DNA of 64,000 bases from a virus (Duplodnaviria > Caudoviricetes), in the IMG/VR virus record IMGVR_UViG_2595698868_000001, positions 128,001 through 192,000 of that record; one strand, given 5' to 3'. The notes below the pieces were generated by a model. The model had not been told where the DNA came from and did not search any database. It worked only from the letters and a program-made list of their open reading frames with translations. The first letter of the stretch is position 1, and each line of letters starts with the position of its first letter. Position numbers and translations under genes: made by a program. This document shows positions 44,667-54,694 of the stretch, one piece after another.

Positions 44667-45371
44667 TCAGGCGGCGCCGTGCTTCTTCAGGAAGGCCAGG
44701 AACTCTTCCGTGGCGAGCGCGTCGTACATCTGCTCGTCGGTCATCTCGATCGAGCGCATGTGGATGAAGCCGCAGTTGTCGTAGTCGTCGGCCAGCTTCT
44801 TCAGGCCCTGGAAGGTCGCGCCGGTGCCGATACCGATCAGGTGGAAGTAGACGGGCTTGCCCGTCTTCTCGGCCTCGCCCAGCAGCTTGCCGGTCTCGTT
44901 CACGTCACGGTCGCTGGTGTCGCCGTCCGTGAAGAACAGCACCAGGGCGGGGTCCTTGGCCGAGGTGGCAGCCTTGGAGAAGATGTTGGCGAACGCGCCG
45001 GCCTTCGGGAAAAGCTTGGCGAGGTTCGCGGCCACAGTCGGAGCGTATTGGGTGCCACCGCCGACGAGACGCCGAACGTGGTTGCCGATGTAGGAGCCGA
45101 AATCCGAGGCGGTGGCGCCCGGCAGTTCATGCGGACGTTCGTCGAACGCGACCACTTCGATCTCGCCGTTGTCGTCGAAGGTCAGCGCGTAGCCGATCAG
45201 GCGCTTGAACACTTCTTCGACGACGCCGCGCGAATAGAGGCCGTTCATGGAGCCGGAGACGTCGAGGTCCGCGAGGACGCGCATCGTCGGCAGCTTAGTG
45301 AGGCCCTTCTTGGCGAGCGAGATGGTAACCTTCTCGGCCTTCTCTTTGGCCAGATTGATAACGTCGGACAT
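44667..45371 (-). CDS. vWA-domain protein (Ter-associated)
   Basis: MIDAS DVSGSM, FDDNGE, GGGTQY, FFTDG. Confidence 0.9.
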   Translation of the reverse strand: MSDVINLAKEKAEKVTISLAKKGLTKLPTMRVLADLDVSGSMNGLYSRGVVEEVFKRLIGYALTFDDNGEIEVVAFDERPHELPGATASDFGSYIGNHVRRLVGGGTQYAPTVAANLAKLFPKAGAFANIFSKAATSAKDPALVLFFTDGDTSDRDVNETGKLLGEAEKTGKPVYFHLIGIGTGATFQGLKKLADDYDNCGFIHMRSIEMTDEQMYDALATEEFLAFLKKHGAA

Positions 45372-45407
45372 GGGTTCTCCCCTGGAAATGTTGATGTGAG
45401 GGTACGC

Positions 45408-46496
45408 TTACGCGGTCGCCGCCAGCTTGGCCGCGAGATCGCGGCTCATCTGTTCGACCAGAGGACGCTGCGTGGTGACGCGAGTGACCATGTCCTCTTG
45501 AATCTTCTTGGAGGCGTCCAGGGTGCGGAACAGTTCGTCGCGGACGATCTGGAGCGTCTGGATGTCGACCGAACCACGCGCCATCTGCTCCCGGATCAGG
45601 ACGGTGCCGGTGCCGAGTTGCTTGGCGTTCGCCTGGATGATCGCGTTGTTCATGTCCTTGACCTTCTTCGCGAACTCGGCGGTCTGGACCTGCTCCATAT
45701 TGATGATGTACTTCGCGAAGGCCATCTGGAGTTGCGGCAGCGTGGTCTCGCGGACCTCGCCCAGCGTCATCACGAGCATGGCGCCGTTCTGCTTGGCCGT
45801 GTCGAGTTCGACAGCCGACATCTCGCCCAGCAGAAGGCCGTCACGCAGGTCGCCGACGCGCTTCTTGGCGAAGGCGATCGTGGTGGTCCACGCATTGAGG
45901 CGCTGGGCCGCCAGGGCGTCGCCATCCGCCACCGTCGGCATGTTGGCCTCCATCCAGGCGATCCGGCGCTCGCCCTCGGCGATCTTGGCCTTGGTGGCTT
46001 CGTAGCGCTGGTTGTTCTCGACCGCCAGCGCGTCGATGTCCTTCTGGCGTTGCGTCATGCGCACCGCGTGCTTGTCGACGTCGGCGGCCAGGGTGTTGAC
46101 CTGCTTGTCGACCGAGGAGAAGTGCGATTCGAGTTGACGCTTCGATCGCTTCAGGAACCCGAAGATGCCGCCCTTGAACTTGCCGGGATCGTACTGCTGG
46201 GCGCCGATCACCAGAGCGTTCAGGGATTTCCCCATCTCACCCAGGTCGTTGGCGAGCATTGACTGGTTGATCTTCGAGACGATGTTGGTCTGAGCCATGG
46301 CTTCGGTGCGGCCGAAATCCATGACGCTGGTCATGTCGAAGGCTTGTTCGGGAGCCAGCGATGGCGTCAGCGCGGGCGCTCCGTAGTTAGCGCCCATCGC
46401 CATCGGTTGGACCTGCGGCGCGGCCGGGGCTGGGGAAATGGGAGCGGTCGGCGTCGCGACCGGCTTGCCCAGGTTGAGACCACGCGGTTCGGTCAT
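45408..46496 (-). CDS. telA: TelA/KlaA toxic anion resistance protein
   Basis: DFG..GIFGFLK..FSSVDKQV..TTLPQL..MNNAIIQANA..VDIQTL. Confidence 0.85.
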   Translation of the reverse strand: MTEPRGLNLGKPVATPTAPISPAPAAPQVQPMAMGANYGAPALTPSLAPEQAFDMTSVMDFGRTEAMAQTNIVSKINQSMLANDLGEMGKSLNALVIGAQQYDPGKFKGGIFGFLKRSKRQLESHFSSVDKQVNTLAADVDKHAVRMTQRQKDIDALAVENNQRYEATKAKIAEGERRIAWMEANMPTVADGDALAAQRLNAWTTTIAFAKKRVGDLRDGLLLGEMSAVELDTAKQNGAMLVMTLGEVRETTLPQLQMAFAKYIINMEQVQTAEFAKKVKDMNNAIIQANAKQLGTGTVLIREQMARGSVDIQTLQIVRDELFRTLDASKKIQEDMVTRVTTQRPLVEQMSRDLAAKLAATA

Positions 46497-46508
46497 CGAT
46501 GAGGCTCC

Positions 46509-46790
46509 TTAAGCCTTGGGAAGGTAAGAGGTGACGATGCGCGCCGACGATTCGGCGGCGGCGGCGAACTGCGACAGCGCTTGGCGCAGTTCCTTGGGGT
46601 AGACATCGAGTTGCCCCAAGTCGGACGCTTCCTGCGTCAGGCCGGCGAGGCGGCGAAGCAGGCTGTCGACTTCAGCATAGGCTTCCGCCTTGATGCTGGC
46701 TTGGCGCTCGCGCAGCGTTTGGGCGGGCGACTTGTACGTTTCGGCGGGGGTCAGGGCAGGTGCGGCGCTCAATTGGGTCTCCTGTGTCAA
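46509..46790 (-). CDS. hypothetical protein
   Basis: First ORF after promoter motif at 46821-46834. Confidence 0.6.
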   Translation of the reverse strand: MTQETQLSAAPALTPAETYKSPAQTLRERQASIKAEAYAEVDSLLRRLAGLTQEASDLGQLDVYPKELRQALSQFAAAAESSARIVTSYLPKA

Positions 46791-46820
46791 TCGTCTCGGC
46801 GGTCTTAGAGGGTGTTTTGC

Positions 46821-46834
46821 TGTCTGTCAACTCT
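46821..46834 (-). promoter_or_regulatory. phage promoter motif (Ter operon)
   Basis: AGAGTTGACAGACA on minus strand. Confidence 0.6.
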
Positions 46835-47348
46835 CGGCTTCAAGACTGCGTCCGACCCAGATGCGCGCGCTTTCATCGTAGAACAAATTCTCGATCAAAA
46901 CCTTTGCGCGCATGCCCTTGAGGGACACGAGCACACCGGTCAACGAGTTCATCAGCGCCTGCCCCGAAAACACCGCGCGCGGCTGGCCGAGAAGGTGAGA
47001 GATGAAGCCCATCTGCCCGTCGATGAGCGCCGGTTCGCCGAAACGCGGAGAAAGTCCGCTGATCGGAAGAGTCGCCTTGTCGACCTGAGAGGCCGATTGG
47101 ATCACCTTCTGAGGCCAGTACACCCAGACACGTGACTTGGGCTTCCAGGTCATACGCTTGAAGTCGAGCGTGACCTTGGTGTGGCCGTTCTTATCCTTCG
47201 GCACCAACACCGTAACTCGCCCGCCCAGATAATGCTGAACCGTGCCGTTGACGTTCTCGTCCAAGAAGAGTGCCGCCTGGACCTTGTCACCGCGCCGAGG
47301 TAGGCGCAGCGGATGGGCATCACGCCCAGAAGCTTCTACTGCATTCAT
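46827..47348 (-). CDS. hypothetical protein
   Basis: 173-aa ORF. Confidence 0.55.
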   Translation of the reverse strand: MNAVEASGRDAHPLRLPRRGDKVQAALFLDENVNGTVQHYLGGRVTVLVPKDKNGHTKVTLDFKRMTWKPKSRVWVYWPQKVIQSASQVDKATLPISGLSPRFGEPALIDGQMGFISHLLGQPRAVFSGQALMNSLTGVLVSLKGMRAKVLIENLFYDESARIWVGRSLEAES

Positions 47349-47618
47349 GTGGGAACAGGCCGCCTCCGAACGGCACTGGAAGGCGGCAAAATGCCGGTCT
47401 TATTGACAAGGCCACAGCCCCGGCGCCAGCGCAAGCGGAATCCTCTGTGCGTCAAGAGTTGACAAACGACAGCTTCACCAGCTAGGTGCTCGCTTCCGCA
47501 ACAGCGCCTGGAGGTTCGATGTCCTTGCCTGAATGTCTCACTCGACCTTGGACGTTTCAGCGTTTCCTCATCATCCTCGGAAGCGGCGCCGGCGGCCTGT
47601 TCGCGGCACTCTATCTCC

Positions 47619-47804
47619 ATGGCCGCTTCTGATCTGACCCCTGAAGAGCGACGACTTGCCGCAGCGATCGATGCGATGGAGAAGCGGCGCGCTCTCGCCA
47701 AGACCGAAGGTGACATCGTGACCGACGCCGAGATCACGAACTGGTTTCGAGAGCATGCGGCGGTCATTCGCCCGCTGCGTGACAAGCTCGAAGGTGACTG
47801 GTGA
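47619..47804 (+). CDS. hypothetical protein
   Basis: 61 aa, downstream of promoter motif at 47455. Confidence 0.55.
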   Translation: MAASDLTPEERRLAAAIDAMEKRRALAKTEGDIVTDAEITNWFREHAAVIRPLRDKLEGDW

Positions 47805-47871
47805 AAAAGGTGCTTGACGCCTGCTGAGTGTTTCTTTACAAACCACTCCGACGACAACGCCAGGAGGCACC

Positions 47872-48900
47872 ATGCAACCGACCGACTTCCCGCTTATCCG
47901 CGCCGCCATCTCGCCCCGTCGGGCCGCTCAATTCGACGCCGCGCTGGCGAACGTCAAGGCGTTCACCGAAGAGGGCGTCCTGATCAAAGCCGAGTGGAAC
48001 GACATCAAGGATACGTTCAGCCGCGCGATCGACGAAACCTGGAGCGCCTTCAAGGATGCGGAATACTATCCCCGCGCGCGCGCCGGCGAAACCGAAGAAG
48101 TTGGGAAGCTCTATTGGGGTCTCCTGAGCCCCTATCCGCATGTTCTGGCGAGCTACCTGAAAAAGGTCCAGGCCGCCAAGAACATCGAACCGGCCGTCCT
48201 GCGCGACTTCCCGATCGCTTTCTTCACCGAGGCGCTGCCGCTGAACGACATGCTCGTCGCGCTGAAGCCGCTGATCGGTAAGCGCGCTCCGAAGAAGACC
48301 AAAGTCCAGATCGAGCGCGAAGGCAAGGAGCGGACCTGTCAGGTCTGCGGGCGCGGCATCCTGGCCGAAAACGGCCGAATCGCCCACCATGGCTATCAGC
48401 GCCCCGGCATGGGCTATCAGACCGCCTCATGCTCGGGCGCCCTTCATGTCCCCTTCGAGATCAGCCGCGACGCCCTTGGCGACGACATCAAGAATCTGGA
48501 GCGCTACCGCGCCCGCCGTCAGGCTTATCGCGTCGAGGTCGAGACCGAGACGGTCAGCCTGCCGATCAACTACGAAGTCTCCGAGCAGGACCCGCGCCGA
48601 GCGCTGGGCTTCAAGCACGTCGTCAAGAAGATGATCCACGTCACCCGCGACGACTTCGACGCCCAGAAGGTCACGACGCCCGAGGCGTTCGCCGGCAAGT
48701 ACGGGCCGCGCAAGCCTGAAGGCTACGGCTGGATGCCGTTCGATTTCGACGCGCTCAAGACCCAAATCCTGGGTAGCATCGACAACGAGATCGACATCAT
48801 CACCAGCACGATCAATCGGCAACAGGCGCGCTACGACGGCTGGAAGCAGACGCTCGTGTTCGTCGACGGCGCCTATCAGGCTTTCACCGGGGAGAACTAA
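47872..48900 (+). CDS. hypothetical protein with CQVC..HHGY..C zinc motif
   Basis: RBS AGGAGG; RTCQVCGR..IAHHGYQRPG..TASCSG. Confidence 0.8.
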   Translation: MQPTDFPLIRAAISPRRAAQFDAALANVKAFTEEGVLIKAEWNDIKDTFSRAIDETWSAFKDAEYYPRARAGETEEVGKLYWGLLSPYPHVLASYLKKVQAAKNIEPAVLRDFPIAFFTEALPLNDMLVALKPLIGKRAPKKTKVQIEREGKERTCQVCGRGILAENGRIAHHGYQRPGMGYQTASCSGALHVPFEISRDALGDDIKNLERYRARRQAYRVEVETETVSLPINYEVSEQDPRRALGFKHVVKKMIHVTRDDFDAQKVTTPEAFAGKYGPRKPEGYGWMPFDFDALKTQILGSIDNEIDIITSTINRQQARYDGWKQTLVFVDGAYQAFTGEN

Positions 48901-48903
48901 ATC

Positions 48904-49140
48904 ATGAACCAGCGCGCCAACTTCTACTGCCCGATCGGCGGCCAGCCTCTCGTGGCGATCCACAACGACGTCCTGAATGCGCTGACGATTAGAACCCTCC
49001 AGCATGAGCATTCGACCGAGGACACTCAACTCTGGCTCGCCAGCATCGGCTGGGGACTGGAACGCAATATCAGCCTCAAGGGGGCCAAGACGCTCCTGGC
49101 CATGGGCGGCGTGCGCGACATCGAGTTCGAGGGCATCTGA
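48904..49140 (+). CDS. hypothetical protein
   Basis: 78-aa ORF in operon. Confidence 0.6.
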   Translation: MNQRANFYCPIGGQPLVAIHNDVLNALTIRTLQHEHSTEDTQLWLASIGWGLERNISLKGAKTLLAMGGVRDIEFEGI

Positions 49141-49493
49141 TGGCCTTCGTCAGCGACATCCAGCCCCTGTGCCGCTACTGCGGCTGCGGCATAGGCAAGC
49201 ATACGACGACGGTCTGGTTCGATTCGACCAACGGTCGCCTGAATTCAGGGTGGTTTTCCTACCGGCCCGAGAAGCCCACTTCGAAGGCCGAGGCGCAGGC
49301 GCTGCTGAACCAGCAGATCGTTTCGGTCCGCTGGGCCACGAAGTCGGCTTACCAATACGGTGACGATGAGGCCGGCGAACGCCTGTTCATCAATCAAGTC
49401 ACCATCTGGGACGGCGTATCCTATCGTGACGAGTTCTTCTGCAAGGATGAACACGCCAAGCTATTCGGCTACGCGGCGGCGCGGGGCGGGTAA
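49140..49493 (+). CDS. hypothetical protein
   Basis: CRYCG..FFC; coupled ORF. Confidence 0.6.
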   Translation: MAFVSDIQPLCRYCGCGIGKHTTTVWFDSTNGRLNSGWFSYRPEKPTSKAEAQALLNQQIVSVRWATKSAYQYGDDEAGERLFINQVTIWDGVSYRDEFFCKDEHAKLFGYAAARGG

Positions 49494-49598
49494 GCCATGA
49501 GGGAATACAATGACGCGCTCGCGCGTCGTGGTTCCAAGAGTTGACAGACAACTCTTACTCGCCTATCAGGCTAACTTCATAGCAGAAGGACCCACTCC

Positions 49599-50201
49599 GT
49601 GACCGCACCGGTTACCTACATCGCCGATTTTATCCCGCCGGGCATCGTGAGCGCGCTGTTCGACAGCCTGCGCTCCGAACTGGCGTGGCAGCGGCGCGTG
49701 ATGCGTAATGTGCGTATCGTGGATGGCGTCGAGCACGTTACGGAACAACCGGTCCCTCGCGCCGAATATTGGACCAACACGTTCAATCGCCCGTACACCT
49801 ACGGACGCGGCGCCGGCATTCGGACGTATCAGCCCCAGCCTGATCACGAGATCATTGGGAACCTGCGCTCCGCGCTGGAAGCCCAACACAACTCGTATCT
49901 AGAGGGATGCTTCCTGAACATGTACGAGAACGGTCGCGATGCTTTGGGCTGGCACGCCGATGACGATCCAGGCATCGACCACTCCAAGCCGATCGCTGTG
50001 ATCACGCTCGGACAAGGTCGCGAACTCCGCTACAAGGCACAGGAGCCCGGCTCCCATCCTATCAGCATCTTCCTGGAGCCCGGCTCCCTGCTGCTGATGC
50101 ACGCGGGAATGCAGCAGACCCACTATCACATGATCCCGGCCGTGAAGGACCGCGAGATCGGCACCCGCATCTCTCTAACCTACAGGGGACTCATTCAATG
50201 A
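49599..50201 (+). CDS. AlkB-like 2OG-Fe(II) dioxygenase
   Basis: NMYENGRDALGWHADD, ITLG, HYHMIP, RISLTYR; promoter motif at 49537. Confidence 0.9.
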   Translation: MTAPVTYIADFIPPGIVSALFDSLRSELAWQRRVMRNVRIVDGVEHVTEQPVPRAEYWTNTFNRPYTYGRGAGIRTYQPQPDHEIIGNLRSALEAQHNSYLEGCFLNMYENGRDALGWHADDDPGIDHSKPIAVITLGQGRELRYKAQEPGSHPISIFLEPGSLLLMHAGMQQTHYHMIPAVKDREIGTRISLTYRGLIQ

Positions 50202-50320
50202 CCGAGCCGCACGTCATCGAGCACAAGCATACGGTGAAGTTGGAGATCAGCTTCGATCTGTTCGGAATGTTCTCCAGTCTCGTCGGCATCGGCGTCATCT
50301 GCTGGCTTTTCCTGAAGTAG
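50198..50320 (+). CDS. small membrane peptide (40 aa)
   Basis: MTEPHV..FSSLVGIGVICWLFLK*, fills the gap between coupled genes; not in ORF track. Confidence 0.45.
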   Translation: MTEPHVIEHKHTVKLEISFDLFGMFSSLVGIGVICWLFLK

Positions 50321-50321
50321 G

Positions 50322-50555
50322 ATGCCGGCCGACCGGTACGTCGTGGTGCATGCGCTCGAAGGGGAAGATGAACAAGAAGTCCCCTTCGAGCGCAAAGGCC
50401 TAGCCTTCGCTTACGCAAAGCGAAAGCTGAAGCTCATCGACACAATGGAACGTTGTGTCGCAGTTCAGTTCCAGGTGGAAGAGAAAGGCCGATGGGTTGC
50501 GCTCGACACCTGGAAGTTCTTCTACAACGGAGACATCGACCACATCGCCCACTAG
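50322..50555 (+). CDS. hypothetical protein
   Basis: 77-aa ORF. Confidence 0.55.
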   Translation: MPADRYVVVHALEGEDEQEVPFERKGLAFAYAKRKLKLIDTMERCVAVQFQVEEKGRWVALDTWKFFYNGDIDHIAH

Positions 50556-50569
50556 CTGAAGGAGTCCTC

Positions 50570-51049
50570 ATGAAACTCGCCATCCTGCTCGCCGCTACCT
50601 TGATCGCAACGCCCGCGCTGGCGCAGTGCCCCATCGGAGGCAACTGCATGAGCGATCCTCAAGCCTGGAAAAACATGTTCGGTGCGTCGCCGGCGCAGCG
50701 AGCCGAGCAATCCAGCGCACGCCGCGCAGCCGAATCGGTGATCCAGGACCGGCAGACGCAAGCCAATGCCGATCTGCTGGGCGACATGGGGCAGGTCGAG
50801 CGCTATCGCCTGACCTACTCGGTCGAGGATACCCTGACCAGACTCAGTGGAGCGCCTACCACTGTTCTGCGCGCTACCGTGCTGGCGCGGGGTGGTGGGT
50901 ATCTCTTCTGCGGTTCGGCGCTCTACGGCCAGAGCGACAACGGCATCTTCGTGCTGGACACTCGGCCCGGCGGGATCGCGACGCTCCACGCATCTAAGGA
51001 TGCGTTCATCGCCGCCGGCTGCGGACAACCTGCGACAATCTTGCGCTGA
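50570..51049 (+). CDS. secreted hypothetical protein
   Basis: RBS AAGGAG; signal peptide MKLAILLAATLIATPALA. Confidence 0.7.
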   Translation: MKLAILLAATLIATPALAQCPIGGNCMSDPQAWKNMFGASPAQRAEQSSARRAAESVIQDRQTQANADLLGDMGQVERYRLTYSVEDTLTRLSGAPTTVLRATVLARGGGYLFCGSALYGQSDNGIFVLDTRPGGIATLHASKDAFIAAGCGQPATILR

Positions 51050-51111
51050 GACTGTTGACAGGGTGTTCTAGTTTCTTTACATCGTCTCCTGACGATCAGA
51101 GGAGACTAGAC

Positions 51112-52587
51112 ATGTTCGCCGAAGCCATGACCGACGACAGCTACCTTGCCGCCCTGGAAGCCGATGCGCAAGACCAGGGCGCGCGCGTCGATGAAGCCGA
51201 ATGGGCCGCCGGCCTGATCGAAGACGTCGACCGTGAGGAGTGGGTCTGGAAGAATCCGCGCATCGGCGAGCGTCTCGACCTCGAAAGCGGTCGGCAGGTC
51301 TACACGATCCTGTGTGATGATGGTCAGGAGGAGGAGATCAAGGCCCTCATCCTGAAGCTCAACAAAAAGCTGAAGAAGTGGGACCAGACGATCAATATCC
51401 TCGCCGAGGATGAGGTCATCAAGGAACACTGGCTGCGGGGCCACCACGTGGGGGCCGAGGTCACGGACGCTGAACGCTCTTCTGACCAGAAGATGAAGTT
51501 CGATTACAACATCAACAGCATCGCCTATCGCGGCAAGGTCCGTCAGGTGCTGTTGACGATCGACAGCCCCGCCGTGGCGGGCAAGAAGACCAAGGTGATC
51601 GGGTCGTTCGAACTGGCTGAGGATGGCGTCGAGGTCTATCGCCACGCCCTGAACGGCGCGTCCCAGGCCGATATCGAGCCCTTCATCAGCCGGTGGCGCG
51701 ATTGCGATCACTGTGGCTATGTGCGTAATCGACGCGCTTCGTTCGTCTGCGAAGACGCCGAGGGCAATCGCTCGATCATCGGCCGACAGTGCTCGCGTGA
51801 CTTCCTGGGCCTGGATGCGGCCGAACTCCTGGCCCGTGAAGCGATCCGGAAAGTCCTGTCGAACGGTGGTGAAGAGGATGAGGACCGCGTCGGTGGAGGC
51901 GGCCCGGTCTACATTCACGTCGAGACCCTGGTGCAGCGCGCCTATCTGGTGGCGAAGCGCATGGGCGGTTACTCCAAGGACCAGCGCGACACTTTCCTGG
52001 ACCACCTCGCGGCGCTGGAAGGCGCGCGGGACTACGGCCGCAGCGACCACTACGCGACCCTGCGGGCCGAGTACAAGGAATGGGTGGCGAAGGCCAAGCC
52101 GGAACCGCTGAATTTCATGAAGTTCGCCGACTACGTATTTTCAGCGTCGGGCGACTTCGGCCATAACCTGCAAATCGCGTTCTCGTTGGAGTGGGCCAAG
52201 CAGAAACGCCGGACCCTTCTGGCCGCCGGCGTCGGCCTCTATATCGGCCGACTGCTGAAGCTGGAGAAGGAAAAGGCGGCGCAGGATCGTTTGCCGGCGA
52301 AGCATCTCGACGCGGTCGAAGGCAAGCGCGTCGACTTCAACGGCACGGTGGAGCGCACCATTCCCTTGTCCTCGGACTACGGCCTCAAGACCCTGGTGTC
52401 GATCGTCTGTCCGGATGGCTCGCGCTGCGTTCATTTCTGCACCAGCCATGTCGTTCCCGAGGCCGGCAAGACCTACGCGATCCGTGCGACCGTGAAGGAA
52501 CACAAGACCAACAAGCGCTTCGGTACGCCGGAAACGGTGATCTCCCGCGCTATCTACGAAATCGCAAATCAACCCGCACTACTGTAA
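51112..52587 (+). CDS. hypothetical protein with CDHC/C zinc motif and C-terminal OB-fold
   Basis: DCDHCG..RRA..IIGRQCSRDFLG; YG..IRATVKEH..ETVISR. Confidence 0.75.
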   Translation: MFAEAMTDDSYLAALEADAQDQGARVDEAEWAAGLIEDVDREEWVWKNPRIGERLDLESGRQVYTILCDDGQEEEIKALILKLNKKLKKWDQTINILAEDEVIKEHWLRGHHVGAEVTDAERSSDQKMKFDYNINSIAYRGKVRQVLLTIDSPAVAGKKTKVIGSFELAEDGVEVYRHALNGASQADIEPFISRWRDCDHCGYVRNRRASFVCEDAEGNRSIIGRQCSRDFLGLDAAELLAREAIRKVLSNGGEEDEDRVGGGGPVYIHVETLVQRAYLVAKRMGGYSKDQRDTFLDHLAALEGARDYGRSDHYATLRAEYKEWVAKAKPEPLNFMKFADYVFSASGDFGHNLQIAFSLEWAKQKRRTLLAAGVGLYIGRLLKLEKEKAAQDRLPAKHLDAVEGKRVDFNGTVERTIPLSSDYGLKTLVSIVCPDGSRCVHFCTSHVVPEAGKTYAIRATVKEHKTNKRFGTPETVISRAIYEIANQPALL

Positions 52588-52600
52588 GGAGAACGCGTAC

Positions 52601-52948
52601 ATGCCCCGACCCAGGACCATCGATCCGCAGGAGGTCGTCACCAAGATGCGTGACGGCACGTTCGCCTATGCGGCCGAGGCGGCGCGCTACTTCAAGTGCT
52701 CGCGGGTGCGTATCCAGCAAATTCTGGACGAACACGCGCCCGACCTCCGCGCCGGCAAGGTATCCAGCACGCTGGCTACGCCGAAGGAGCGCAAGGCGCG
52801 CGAAGCCGCTCTCCGCAAGGAGACCCAGGCGGCGCTGAAGTCGACCAAGTCGATCAACGAGGCCGCCGCCGCCCTGAAGCTGACTCGCTCGGGCCTCTAC
52901 AGCCGTATGCGACGTCTCGGCATCGAATACGGTCGCCAGCCTGCTTGA
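52601..52948 (+). CDS. double-HTH (Fis-like C-terminus) DNA-binding protein
   Basis: AEAARYFKCSRVRIQQI; INEAAAALKLTRSGLYSRMRRLGI. Confidence 0.75.
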   Translation: MPRPRTIDPQEVVTKMRDGTFAYAAEAARYFKCSRVRIQQILDEHAPDLRAGKVSSTLATPKERKAREAALRKETQAALKSTKSINEAAAALKLTRSGLYSRMRRLGIEYGRQPA

Positions 52949-53001
52949 CACCATTGTGCCAGTTTGGTTAACACTCGGGGCCTCACAGCCCCGAGTGATT
53001 C

Positions 53002-54228
53002 ATGTACGATCAGCTTCTCCGCCTCTTCCAAGGCAACCCGATTCTAGCCGGCGGCGCCGGCATGGCAATCATCGGCTGGCTCCTCGTGCAGGCGCGGACC
53101 GTACCCGTCAAAGTCTTCCGACTGATCCGCGATCAGTTCGTGACGACCATGACGGTCTACACCGAAGACGTGATCTTCCGCCGCTTGGATTACTGGCTGA
53201 GCCGTCACCCCAGCACGGAGCACTCGCGTCGTTTTGGGGTTACGCATTGGCACAATCGTCGTACCGATGCGGATGACTTCCTCCTGACCCCCGGTTCGGG
53301 CTCGCACTTGATCAAAGAAGTCGGCCGCTACTTCCTGGTCCACCGCCACGTCGAGGATAAGACGACCCAGGAAGACTTCGCCAAGATTCGTCGCCAGACG
53401 ATCACGATCGCGACCTACGGCCGATCCACCGCACCTCTGAAGAACTTGATTTCCAAGGTGCAGCACATCGACGAAGACCGCACGGCCATTCCGATTTTGA
53501 ACTGGCAGGGCCACGGCTTTGCCCGAGTTGAGCGCCGCACCAAGCGTCCGCTAGACACGGTCTACATCAACGCTGCGATCAAGCAGCATATCATCGACGA
53601 CCTGACGAAGTTCTTTGCGCAGCGCGCCGACTATCATGCACGAGGCATCCCCTACCGCCGGGGGTACATGTTGGAAGGTCCGCCCGGAACCGGTAAGTCG
53701 ACGCTGATCTTCGTTCTCGCCTGCCTGTTCGATCGTCCGGTCTACATCATCAATTTGGCGAGCATCAGCAACGATTCTGAACTGCTGCGCGCCATCAACG
53801 AAGCTGGCCGCAACTTCGTCGTCATCGAAGATATCGACGCGATCAAGGTCGCCGAAGAGCGCGAGGGCAAGGACTCCAGCTTGGAAGTGCGCGTCGGTGA
53901 TGCGTCTCGACAAGGCATCACGACTTCGGGCTTGCTGAACGCCATCGACGGGATCGCCTCGGCCGAGGGCCGAGTGCTCTTCATCACCTCGAACCGGCCG
54001 GATGTGCTGGATTCTGCCCTCATCCGTCCTGGCCGCATCGACGTGCGCTATCGCATCGACTATGCCAAGATGCCCGAGGCCCTGGCGATGTACCGCAAGT
54101 TCTTTCCGGAGGCCTCTGCCGAGGCGCAGGCGGCGTTCGCGAAGGAAATCGCGCCGCTGCTTCCGATTTCGCCGGCCGCGCTTCAAAATCGCCTGTTGGG
54201 CGAGTCCATGGAAGTGGTGATGTCGTGA
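53002..54228 (+). CDS. BCS1-like AAA+ ATPase
   Basis: N-terminal TM; RPLDTV, GIPYRRGYMLEGPPGTGKS, IEDID, SGLLNAIDG, LDSALIRPGRID. Confidence 0.9.
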   Translation: MYDQLLRLFQGNPILAGGAGMAIIGWLLVQARTVPVKVFRLIRDQFVTTMTVYTEDVIFRRLDYWLSRHPSTEHSRRFGVTHWHNRRTDADDFLLTPGSGSHLIKEVGRYFLVHRHVEDKTTQEDFAKIRRQTITIATYGRSTAPLKNLISKVQHIDEDRTAIPILNWQGHGFARVERRTKRPLDTVYINAAIKQHIIDDLTKFFAQRADYHARGIPYRRGYMLEGPPGTGKSTLIFVLACLFDRPVYIINLASISNDSELLRAINEAGRNFVVIEDIDAIKVAEEREGKDSSLEVRVGDASRQGITTSGLLNAIDGIASAEGRVLFITSNRPDVLDSALIRPGRIDVRYRIDYAKMPEALAMYRKFFPEASAEAQAAFAKEIAPLLPISPAALQNRLLGESMEVVMS

Positions 54229-54286
54229 GTTGACAGCCGACATTCGGGCTGCTTAGTGTCAACCTAACTGGCAAGCGGAACCATTC

Positions 54287-54694
54287 ATGCCACTCTCCGA
54301 AGACGAAGCCCTCCTCCTCCGCGACGGTGATATCGTGCTCGTGCCTATCAAGGTGGTGCGCTCGAACAATCACTTTGATCGCGATGGCGTCTCGCTTCGA
54401 GTTCAGTCCCCGCAGATTCTTCACGGCCGGGATGAGATCGAGAAGGGGCAGCCGGAATTCAGCATCAAATCCTCGCAGGTCCACAGCATTGCTGTGATGC
54501 CCCTGCGCCTGAAGGATCACGTGAAGTGGGATGCGTCCGGTCCGGGCGCCGATTACATGCCGGAGACCGGCGTGGTCGTCCACATCGATGGCGACGACAT
54601 CACCGTGAAGCAGGACAAGGAACGCACGCCGCGAAACCGAGTGATCCTCCGCAGTGCCCTCACCCGTTACAACCCTAAGCCCAAAGAGGCCTGA
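54287..54694 (+). CDS. hypothetical protein
   Basis: Downstream of promoter motif at 54227. Confidence 0.6.
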   Translation: MPLSEDEALLLRDGDIVLVPIKVVRSNNHFDRDGVSLRVQSPQILHGRDEIEKGQPEFSIKSSQVHSIAVMPLRLKDHVKWDASGPGADYMPETGVVVHIDGDDITVKQDKERTPRNRVILRSALTRYNPKPKEA

